Shown here: piece after piece, positions 16,770 through 23,292 of the stretch
Layout of the letters: the number at the start of each line of letters is the position of its first letter
How positions within the stretch are numbered: position 1 is the stretch's first letter
Source of the DNA: a virus
Taxonomy: Duplodnaviria; Caudoviricetes
IMG/VR virus record: IMGVR_UViG_3300027193_000023
Coordinates: 1 to 34,613 of that record
Strand: one strand, 5' to 3'
DNA: 34,613 nt
The notes under the pieces: model-generated
Seen by the model: only the letters and a program-made list of their open reading frames with translations
What the model was told of the DNA's origin: nothing
Database searches by the model: none
Position numbers and translations under genes: made by a program

Positions 16770-16799
16770 ATTATGCCATCGTCTGTTCCGATGTGTCAA
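16770..16799 (-). promoter_or_regulatory. Strong sigma70-like promoter driving the structured RNA
   Basis: Minus strand TTGACA-18-CATAAT with an extended -10 TG. Confidence 0.7.
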
Positions 16800-16871
16800 G
16801 GTCTGAAGCTAACCTAGTGAAACACGACCCTTATCATTGTTTGTTTCATGCTTGCTAAAGGATTAATCAGT

Positions 16872-17087
16872 CTAATGCAACTCAGGCCAGATTTGTTGCC
16901 AGTTAGGGATTTCTTTTCTTGACCATTTACCGTTTGATTTCTTTTCAAGCTCGGCAGCTAGCAACACTAACTTATCACCAGGCAAACCATTGTTGCGCCA
17001 TTGCGATACAGCTGGTGGACTGACACGGCAGAGCTTGGCTACAGCAAACGTGCCACCTAATGTTTGGATGATTTCTGTTGTATTCAT
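16872..17087 (-). CDS. Cro-like HTH repressor
   Basis: IIQTLGGTFAVAKLCRVSPPAVSQWRNNGLP...IWPEL, a Cro/YdaS-like pattern. Confidence 0.85.
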   Translation of the reverse strand: MNTTEIIQTLGGTFAVAKLCRVSPPAVSQWRNNGLPGDKLVLLAAELEKKSNGKWSRKEIPNWQQIWPELH

Positions 17088-17150
17088 GTAGCAATCTTAA
17101 CATTGGTTGTCAAAGAAACTCAAATAAATATTTAACCTTGAGTTTTCCGC

Positions 17151-17179
17151 TTGCGTTCTGTGTTTAGTTGGCTTAATAT
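17151..17179 (+). promoter_or_regulatory. Sigma70-like promoter for the recombination operon, with operator
   Basis: TTGCGT-17-TAATAT; contains TTTAGTTGGCTTAAT. Confidence 0.7.
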
Positions 17180-17227
17180 TAGTCATGGCATACCCGCCAT
17201 GAACAACGATAAAAGGTACATAAATGA
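17163..17227 (+). repeat. Duplicated promoter/leader unit, copy 1
   Basis: Shares GCTTAATAT, the ATGGC-N6-GCCAT hairpin and the identical 22-mer ACGATAAAAGGTACATAAATGA with 19241..19305. Confidence 0.9.
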
Positions 17228-17787
17228 AAGAATTAGCAAAAGCACTTGTTACGGCTCAGGCAGCAATGTCCCACGCAGCTAAAGACTCCAAAAATCCCCA
17301 TTTTAAATCTGCATACTCTAGCTTGGCGAGTGTGATTGACGCTGTGCGGCCTGCTTTGTCGGCTAACGGTTTAGCTTTTGTGCAGATGTTGCATACAGCA
17401 GACGGTGGCGTAGCAGTCGAAACAGTTTTAATCCATGAGTCTGGTGAGCAGTTGTCTTGCGGCACGTTGTTTATTCCTGCTAGTAAGCAAGATGCTCAAG
17501 GCTATGGTTCAGCGATTTCGTATGCAAAACGCTACAGTTTACAAAGTGCGCTTGGCATAGCGTCAGAGGATGACGATGGCAACTCAGCGGTTAAATCAGC
17601 GCCTCCAAAGGTTGAGAAACCCAAAGGCATAGATATGGATGCAACGGTTGACCAAATGGCGGCAGCGGTCAGCTATGAAAGCCTGAAGGACATATTTAGA
17701 CTGGCTTGGACACAATGCCTGAAAGAACAACAACCCGTCTTGAAAGCAATGTATGACGGAATTAAAGCAAACTGGGAGAACCAATAA
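17224..17787 (+). CDS. erf: ERF-family single-strand annealing protein
   Basis: KDSKNPHFKSAYSSL, IHESGE, AQGYGSAISYAKRYSLQSALGIASEDDDGN (ERF motif). Confidence 0.92.
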   Translation: MKELAKALVTAQAAMSHAAKDSKNPHFKSAYSSLASVIDAVRPALSANGLAFVQMLHTADGGVAVETVLIHESGEQLSCGTLFIPASKQDAQGYGSAISYAKRYSLQSALGIASEDDDGNSAVKSAPPKVEKPKGIDMDATVDQMAAAVSYESLKDIFRLAWTQCLKEQQPVLKAMYDGIKANWENQ

Positions 17788-18239
17788 TGGCTTCAGATTT
17801 AAATCGTTGTGAGTTTATTGGCAGATTAGGTAAAGACCCTGAAATGCGTTATTCAGCGGATGGCAACGCTATTTGTAATTTGTCACTTGGCGTTAATTTT
17901 GAATATAAAAACAAAGCTGGTGAACCACAAAAAACGGTGACTTGGGTAAGAATTAGTGCGTATAGTCATTTGGCTGGCATTTGTGGGGATTACCTTAAAA
18001 AAGGTTCTCAAATTTATATTTCGGGGAAATGGGTTACTCGCAAATGGGTCAACAAAGACGGAGTTGATCAATACACAACTGAAGTGGTTGCTGACCAGAT
18101 GCAAATGCTCGGTGGTCGGCCTGCGGAGGATGCGCCTGCACCAGCTGCGCCTGCAAAACCAAAGTCTGACGCATACCGACAGATTAAAGAGGGGATTGTC
18201 GTGCCTCTTGATGAAATGATTGACGATGTGCCGTTTTGA
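17787..18239 (+). CDS. ssb: Single-stranded DNA-binding protein
   Basis: LNRCEFIGRLGKDPEMRY, YLKKGSQIYISG, YTTEVVADQMQML and acidic DDVPF tail. Confidence 0.95.
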   Translation: MASDLNRCEFIGRLGKDPEMRYSADGNAICNLSLGVNFEYKNKAGEPQKTVTWVRISAYSHLAGICGDYLKKGSQIYISGKWVTRKWVNKDGVDQYTTEVVADQMQMLGGRPAEDAPAPAAPAKPKSDAYRQIKEGIVVPLDEMIDDVPF

Positions 18240-18382
18240 TGAGTCAGTCAGAGGAGGCAATTTTAATATCTTGGCGATTGCAACAATGGTACGAAGGTAT
18301 GGTTTTAGACGCTAGAGCCATGCAAGACTTACAGGATGCAATCGAGATGCTTAAAACTTTAGCTAAACAGGTGCAAAAATGA
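18239..18382 (+). CDS. 47-aa hypothetical protein (not in ORF track)
   Basis: MSQSEEAILISWRLQQWYEGMVLDARAMQDLQDAIEMLKTLAKQVQK*; TGATG and ATGA overlaps on either side. Confidence 0.65.
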   Translation: MSQSEEAILISWRLQQWYEGMVLDARAMQDLQDAIEMLKTLAKQVQK

Positions 18383-19113
18383 TTATTAAATCAGCAGATT
18401 CAGAATCAGGCCATTGGTACGCAGCTGACGGTTCACCAGCGTACAAGATCATTGGTAAGAACGGCAAAGAACGCAACACAACGGTTCGTGACGCAAGGGA
18501 ACTTGGTTTAAAGCCTAGCGTGACAACCATTCTTGGAATTATTGGTAAGCCTGGCTTAAACACTTGGCTGCAACAACAGGTCTTACTGGCTGCGCTGACG
18601 TTGCCACGCATTGCTGGCGAAACAGAGGAAAACTGGTTAGAACGGGTAATGACTGATTCTAAGTCTACGGGCCGTGACGCTATGGATCGTGGCACACAGA
18701 TGCACGGCGTTTTGGAACGGTTTTATCGTGGCGAACAAGACGATTACCCTGTTTATGTTAACCAGGTTGATGCGGCAATCAGAATCCACTTTGGGCATGA
18801 CCAGACTTGGGAGGCAGAACGCTCGTTTGCATACGAAGGCTTTGGCGGCAAGGTGGATTTGATTGCTGAAAACATTGTGATCGACTTTAAGAGCAAAGAT
18901 AAGCTCGACAAAGTTGTGCCGTATCACGAACAACTTATGCAATTGGCCGCCTACCGTGTCGGTCTTGGCAAGCCCACAGCCAGATGCGCCAATGTGTTCT
19001 TTACTGCTGAAGGCGATGTGAAACTTATCGAACACTCGGAGGAAGATTTAGCCTCTGCGTGGGATTGCTTTCAGTATTTATTAGCGTTCTATAAGCGTAA
19101 AAACAACCTATAA
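18379..19113 (+). CDS. PD-(D/E)XK exonuclease
   Basis: PSVTTIL, RGTQMH, AERSF, GGKVDL, VIDFKS, QLAAY motifs. Confidence 0.88.
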   Translation: MIIKSADSESGHWYAADGSPAYKIIGKNGKERNTTVRDARELGLKPSVTTILGIIGKPGLNTWLQQQVLLAALTLPRIAGETEENWLERVMTDSKSTGRDAMDRGTQMHGVLERFYRGEQDDYPVYVNQVDAAIRIHFGHDQTWEAERSFAYEGFGGKVDLIAENIVIDFKSKDKLDKVVPYHEQLMQLAAYRVGLGKPTARCANVFFTAEGDVKLIEHSEEDLASAWDCFQYLLAFYKRKNNL

Positions 19114-19118
19114 TAAAT

Positions 19119-19170
19119 TGCGGGGAAAGCTAGTGTCCCAAACACACTCCTTGTTCGGTGAGTACCCGCA
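19119..19170 (+). ncRNA. Candidate small structured RNA with a loop-E-type motif
   Basis: UGCGGG/CCCGCA closing stem flanking GAA and AGUA; TATAAT at 19109..19114 just upstream. Confidence 0.4.
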
Positions 19171-19240
19171 CCTTGTTGTAAAAACCCCAAAAAGTAAAAA
19201 ATAATTGCAAAAATTAGGGTAAACACCTATGCTTTTATTA

Positions 19241-19305
19241 TTTAGATAGCTTAATATCTGTACATGGCAACACGCCATCAACCACGATAAAAGGTACATA
19301 AATGA
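19241..19305 (+). repeat. Duplicated promoter/leader unit, copy 2
   Basis: See copy 1 at 17163..17227. Confidence 0.9.
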
Positions 19306-19451
19306 GCAAACTGATCCAAGCATTTAAAGCAGACCCATCCGAAAAAAACCGTGCAAAGTTAGCGGCATACTTGCAAAAACACATGATGGCTATTTGTATG
19401 GCAAGCCCAGACGAGCAGCAATTCCTAAAAGCTAACGGGTTTAAGGGGTAA
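19302..19451 (+). CDS. 49-aa hypothetical protein (not in ORF track)
   Basis: MSKLIQAFKADPSEKNRAKLAAYLQKHMMAICMASPDEQQFLKANGFKG*; uses the same ribosome-binding sequence as erf. Confidence 0.7.
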   Translation: MSKLIQAFKADPSEKNRAKLAAYLQKHMMAICMASPDEQQFLKANGFKG

Positions 19452-19454
19452 GCC

Positions 19455-19718
19455 ATGAAACATTCATACATACAGCTAACAGACGAAGGCAAGCGTCAAT
19501 TGATGCGTGAACTTAGCCTTGAGCTTACCGACAAAAAGATTGCAGAGCTGATGGATCAATTTGCAGATGGCGTGAAATTAGACAGTAACGGTGAGCCGTA
19601 TATCAAGATTGACCGTGACGATGTGCTGATGTGCGCTGTGCCAATGTACACACATTTCATTGACATTAACCATATTGAAACCGTGACAGCTAACGAGGAG
19701 GATGGCAGCGATGAATAA
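19455..19718 (+). CDS. Hypothetical protein
   Basis: 87 aa, SD-like AAGGGG, operon packing. Confidence 0.6.
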   Translation: MKHSYIQLTDEGKRQLMRELSLELTDKKIAELMDQFADGVKLDSNGEPYIKIDRDDVLMCAVPMYTHFIDINHIETVTANEEDGSDE

Positions 19719-19908
19719 GCGTAACTGGCCCTTTCTGACTGACTTAGGCGATCCTAACTGGACAGGTCGCACCACTCGCACAATGCGTAATCAGACACGC
19801 TACACGCAAGCTGACGAACGTATACCGCCGATTGCTTGGGTTGTTGGCTTGTTAATGCTGGCGCTTGTGTTTGGTTTCTTTCCACTTTTAAGTTTGATGA
19901 TGTTATGA
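19711..19908 (+). CDS. Small protein with C-terminal TM helix
   Basis: GAGGAGG SD; hydrophobic tail IAWVVGLLMLALVFGFFPLL. Confidence 0.6.
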   Translation: MNKRNWPFLTDLGDPNWTGRTTRTMRNQTRYTQADERIPPIAWVVGLLMLALVFGFFPLLSLMML

Positions 19909-20129
19909 ACAAGATTGATTTAATTATTGATGCGCTTGAGTCAGCATACGAGGACAAAGCGGGATGGTGCGACAAAGTTAATGAAGCCCTGTACGCTGCT
20001 AGAAGGTTACAAGCGTTGCAACCAGTTGGCGTGTTTGAATATGATGCAGAAAACCAAGTTTGGGAAGAATTAACGCCAAACTGTGAAGGTGTAAAACTTT
20101 ACGCACTAGACGAGGTTAAACATGACTGA
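19905..20129 (+). CDS. Hypothetical protein
   Basis: Probable start MNKIDL at an ATGA overlap. Confidence 0.6.
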   Translation: MNKIDLIIDALESAYEDKAGWCDKVNEALYAARRLQALQPVGVFEYDAENQVWEELTPNCEGVKLYALDEVKHD

Positions 20130-20370
20130 CCAAAGATTAGTAAAGCAACTCGACTTGTATGAACGTGCGTACCTTGTGTTGACCATTTGGTCTGAGGATT
20201 ACAACAACGTTGACCCAGATCATCAAAAAGTCATTGATGATCTTAAACAAGAAATTAAACGTATTACTAAGGAATTGGAACGGAAACCTGATTTGAGCAT
20301 TGAAGCAAACCGTGTTGCCTATGATGTTGCCATGCACTACGCAAACAAGACAAAGGAAAAATTGGGATGA
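20122..20370 (+). CDS. Hypothetical protein
   Basis: 82 aa, GAGG SD, overlaps neighbours. Confidence 0.6.
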   Translation: MTDQRLVKQLDLYERAYLVLTIWSEDYNNVDPDHQKVIDDLKQEIKRITKELERKPDLSIEANRVAYDVAMHYANKTKEKLG

Positions 20371-20663
20371 ATCAAGTTGCAAGAAACACCGATCCCGCCA
20401 CCAGTTGGGCTGCTGCCGACTCTGCAAAGTCTTTAGCGGCTCAACACGCCACGATTATCATCCAAGCCTTATGCAAGTATGGGGCAATGGGAAAAGACGG
20501 TATAGCCACGATTACAGGACTTGATGGTAATCAAGTAGCCAGGCGGCTTAGTGAATTAGAACGCAATCATGAAATTCTGCTAACTGGTCGCAATGTGCAA
20601 AGCAAAGCTGGTCGGGCCGAAAGGGAATGGAAGGTTATGCCAAAACAAATGGATTTAATATGA
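20367..20663 (+). CDS. HTH-like DNA-binding protein
   Basis: ARNTDPATSWAAA...GIATITGLDGNQVARRLSEL...GRAEREW. Confidence 0.65.
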   Translation: MNQVARNTDPATSWAAADSAKSLAAQHATIIIQALCKYGAMGKDGIATITGLDGNQVARRLSELERNHEILLTGRNVQSKAGRAEREWKVMPKQMDLI

Positions 20664-21292
20664 GTTACATCATTGGAAACTTACCGCCAATTAAATGTTT
20701 TGTGCGGCGAGAGTATTTGTACAACTTTGAGAAAGGTCACGGTGAGCTTGAGCCTTGCATTTGGGTAAGCATCAAAGCAATCCGTGGGCAAGTGTTTCGC
20801 ATTGAAAGCCTGTTGCCACGGTATGGTGCTTTGTACGACAAACTACCTATTCAGGCTTACGTTTGGAATACTAAACATGGCGATTTAGATTTTGACATTT
20901 TGCAACTATGGGATTGCATGGGGTACAGGTTTACGGTTCATGAAAAGATTGGGTTGCGTAACCTTGGGGTTAAATTCTTAGGTAAAGATAAAGAATGGCA
21001 CTTTGGTAAATACCTGTTTACCGTAGATTTTTGTGCCGACGGTATGGATGTCGATACTGGATTTACTGAAGTTGCTGAAGAACATAAATCATTTAATTTT
21101 ATCCGGCTAGATAATGGGCAGTTTGCAGCGCAGCCTAACAACCGTTGCCTTTGGTACGACCAGTCGCTAATACCAGCTAAAACTGAGTTCCCAGACTTTC
21201 AAGCATCACGCCACATTTGGACAGTAGACGGATCGCGCAAATGGTCAGCTGGTGACGATTGGTTCTACGACATTGGGGAACGGCATGAGTGA
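20660..21292 (+). CDS. Conserved-looking hypothetical phage protein
   Basis: Start MSYIIGNLPP at an ATGA overlap; GALYDKLP, LQLWDC, YLFTVD, EEHKS, LDNGQFAAQPNNR. Confidence 0.7.
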   Translation: MSYIIGNLPPIKCFVRREYLYNFEKGHGELEPCIWVSIKAIRGQVFRIESLLPRYGALYDKLPIQAYVWNTKHGDLDFDILQLWDCMGYRFTVHEKIGLRNLGVKFLGKDKEWHFGKYLFTVDFCADGMDVDTGFTEVAEEHKSFNFIRLDNGQFAAQPNNRCLWYDQSLIPAKTEFPDFQASRHIWTVDGSRKWSAGDDWFYDIGERHE

Positions 21293-21614
21293 ATATTCGC
21301 CACATCCCTGCATAGAATACATTTACGACAACGCACCACATTACGCCAAGGCCAAAGGAGAACTGGCGCAATTAGAGGCGTTTAAATCAAGCCTAAAAGC
21401 TATTTTGATGAAGAAGTCTGGCGAAACTGCTGTGACCGCCCAGGAGAGGGAAGCATATGCTCATCCTGATTACCAAAACCTTTGCAATGCAATTGGGGCA
21501 GCAACTGAGAAGGCCGAGTTGTTAAAGTGGCGGTTAACCAGCGCACAACTTAGATTTGACGCATGGCGCACCGAGCAGGCTAGTAACCGACAAATTGAGA
21601 AAATAACCAAATGA
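21285..21614 (+). CDS. Helical hypothetical phage protein
   Basis: AQEREAYAHPDY...FDAWRTEQASNR; probable start MSEYSP. Confidence 0.65.
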   Translation: MSEYSPHPCIEYIYDNAPHYAKAKGELAQLEAFKSSLKAILMKKSGETAVTAQEREAYAHPDYQNLCNAIGAATEKAELLKWRLTSAQLRFDAWRTEQASNRQIEKITK

Positions 21615-21781
21615 GAACACTCACGGCTTATTTTTCTGTTAACGAAGAAACTAAAATTAAATACTCAGAGTCATTTATAGCTTCACATTGGGTAATTCAA
21701 GCCGATATTTTGGGTGATTTAATTGCTGAATTACAGAAAAAATACGAATTAATCATTATTGAACAGAGAAAAACCAAATGA
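21611..21781 (+). CDS. 56-aa hypothetical protein (not in ORF track)
   Basis: MRTLTAYFSVNEE...IIIEQRKTK*; ATGA overlaps at both ends. Confidence 0.6.
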   Translation: MRTLTAYFSVNEETKIKYSESFIASHWVIQADILGDLIAELQKKYELIIIEQRKTK

Positions 21782-21951
21782 AAGATTATTCTGAAAGCCT
21801 AATTAAACTTAAAGCAATGATTCATCAATACCAAAAACTGGTATTGCAGGGCAAATATGACGCTGCCGCTGACGTTGCGGTGGATATGCAAATCGTTTTG
21901 GTTGATCTTCAAGAATGGACAGAGGCTCAAGTTGACCAAAGCGCAACGTAA
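21778..21951 (+). CDS. 57-aa hypothetical protein (not in ORF track)
   Basis: MKDYSESLIKLK...AQVDQSAT*; ATGA overlap upstream. Confidence 0.6.
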   Translation: MKDYSESLIKLKAMIHQYQKLVLQGKYDAAADVAVDMQIVLVDLQEWTEAQVDQSAT

Positions 21952-22198
21952 GCATTATGAGAAACTTGCAGGGCTGGGTTGCTCATTGTGCCGACACTTG
22001 GAATATGGGGAAACGCCGGCTCATATTCATCACATTAGACGATTAGGGATGAAACGTGAAAATTCGCCGGTTATACCGCTATGCCCGACTCATCATGTGG
22101 GCAATGATGGGGTACACGGACTGGGCAAAAAGGCGTTTGCTCAAAAATATGGGGTTACAGAAGAAGATTTATTAGCCCAGACTGAGGTTTTAATTTGA
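21932..22198 (+). CDS. Ref-like HNH nuclease
   Basis: GCSLC, AHIHH, IPLCPTHH, GVHG, YGVTEEDLL; probable TTG start after GAGG. Confidence 0.78.
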   Translation: MTKAQRKHYEKLAGLGCSLCRHLEYGETPAHIHHIRRLGMKRENSPVIPLCPTHHVGNDGVHGLGKKAFAQKYGVTEEDLLAQTEVLI

Positions 22199-22455
22199 GA
22201 GCTAGACGGGTTGACGTTAATCAAAAAGATATTGTTGTTGCGCTGCGACAACTAGGGTTTTCTGTCACCGATTTGTCAGCCGTAGGTAAAGGTTGCCCAG
22301 ACTTATTAGCGGGTAAACATGGGGTTACTTACTTATTTGAGATTAAACGGGACAACAAAGCAAAATTCACACCACAGCAAATTGAATGGCAAAACGGTTG
22401 GAAAGGTGGTATTTTTGTTAGAATTGAGTCTATTGACGATGTTTTAGCATTGTGA
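22195..22455 (+). CDS. VRR-NUC-like PD-(D/E)XK nuclease (putative resolvase)
   Basis: RVDVNQKDIV, GCPDLL, LFEIK, TPQQIEW. Confidence 0.8.
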   Translation: MRARRVDVNQKDIVVALRQLGFSVTDLSAVGKGCPDLLAGKHGVTYLFEIKRDNKAKFTPQQIEWQNGWKGGIFVRIESIDDVLAL

Positions 22456-22461
22456 GGCCAT

Positions 22462-22818
22462 ATGGATTATCCCGCCGTATTTGTTGCAACCTTGTTCCAT
22501 TCAGGCACAAATGCTCACTTTATGCATTTGCAGACGGACAGTTACGCCAAGCACGTTGCGCTAGGTGAATATTATGATGGCATTATTGATTTGGTGGACA
22601 AGTGGGCCGAGGCGTATCAAGGCGCTTACTCAATCATCAAGAGTTACCCCAAAGACTTTCATTTAGCCACCGATCCCGTCAAATACATCACAGGTGTAAA
22701 AGCGTTTGTTAAAGACATTCGTGACGAACTGCCTAAAGACTCAGAGCTACAAAATATTGTGGACGAGATTGCCGATCTGATTGATTCAACCCTTTATAAG
22801 CTAAAGGCGTTCAAATGA
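22462..22818 (+). CDS. Ferritin/Dps-like four-helix protein (DUF5856-like)
   Basis: HFMHLQTDSYAKHVALGEYYD, DKWAEAYQG, LQNIVDEI...TLYKL. Confidence 0.72.
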   Translation: MDYPAVFVATLFHSGTNAHFMHLQTDSYAKHVALGEYYDGIIDLVDKWAEAYQGAYSIIKSYPKDFHLATDPVKYITGVKAFVKDIRDELPKDSELQNIVDEIADLIDSTLYKLKAFK

Positions 22819-22970
22819 ATAAGCCTGGACTCTACGCCAATATTCTTGCTAAACAAGAGCGCATTAAAGCAGGCAGCGGCGAAAAGATGAGAAAGCCAGG
22901 TGATCCAGGCGCACCCACGGCTAAAGACTTTAAAGAATCAGCCAAGACTGCCAAGGACAATAAGAAATGA
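22815..22970 (+). CDS. 51-aa basic phage protein (not in ORF track)
   Basis: MNKPGLYANILAKQERIKAGSGEKMRKPGDPGAPTAKDFKESAKTAKDNKK*; ATGA overlaps at both ends. Confidence 0.75.
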   Translation: MNKPGLYANILAKQERIKAGSGEKMRKPGDPGAPTAKDFKESAKTAKDNKK

Positions 22971-23251
22971 CAGCGGCTTGGCAACGCAAAGAAGGAAAAA
23001 ACCCTGCTGGCGGTCTAAATGCCAAGGGTCGAGCAAGTGCCAAAGCAGAAGGCATGAACCTCAAGCCACCCGTTAAGTCAGGTGATAACCCACGCAGAGC
23101 CAGTTTCTTAGCACGAATGGGCAATATGTCAGGGCCAATGGAAAAAGACGGGAAACCGACTAGGTTAGCGTTAGCCTTAAAAGCATGGGGCGCATCAAGC
23201 AAAGAAGATGCCCGATCAAAATCTAAGAATATCAGCGAACGCAATAAGTAG
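22967..23251 (+). CDS. Basic phage protein (DUF6321-like)
   Basis: AWQRKEGKNPAGGLNAKGRAS, RRASFLARM, LALKAWG. Confidence 0.72.
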   Translation: MTAAWQRKEGKNPAGGLNAKGRASAKAEGMNLKPPVKSGDNPRRASFLARMGNMSGPMEKDGKPTRLALALKAWGASSKEDARSKSKNISERNK

Positions 23252-23292
23252 GCTAAACTATTCATACTTAAACTACCACAATTGGGTAAGTA

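Noticed and set aside
16628-16858. 76-aa plus-strand ORF
   Set aside because: No RBS or recognisable motif; it runs antisense across a promoter and hairpin that explain the sequence better.
21932-22198. Free-standing homing endonuclease serving the intron
   Set aside because: Motifs fit a Ref-like nuclease within a nin-like gene cluster 10 kb from the intron; nothing links the two.
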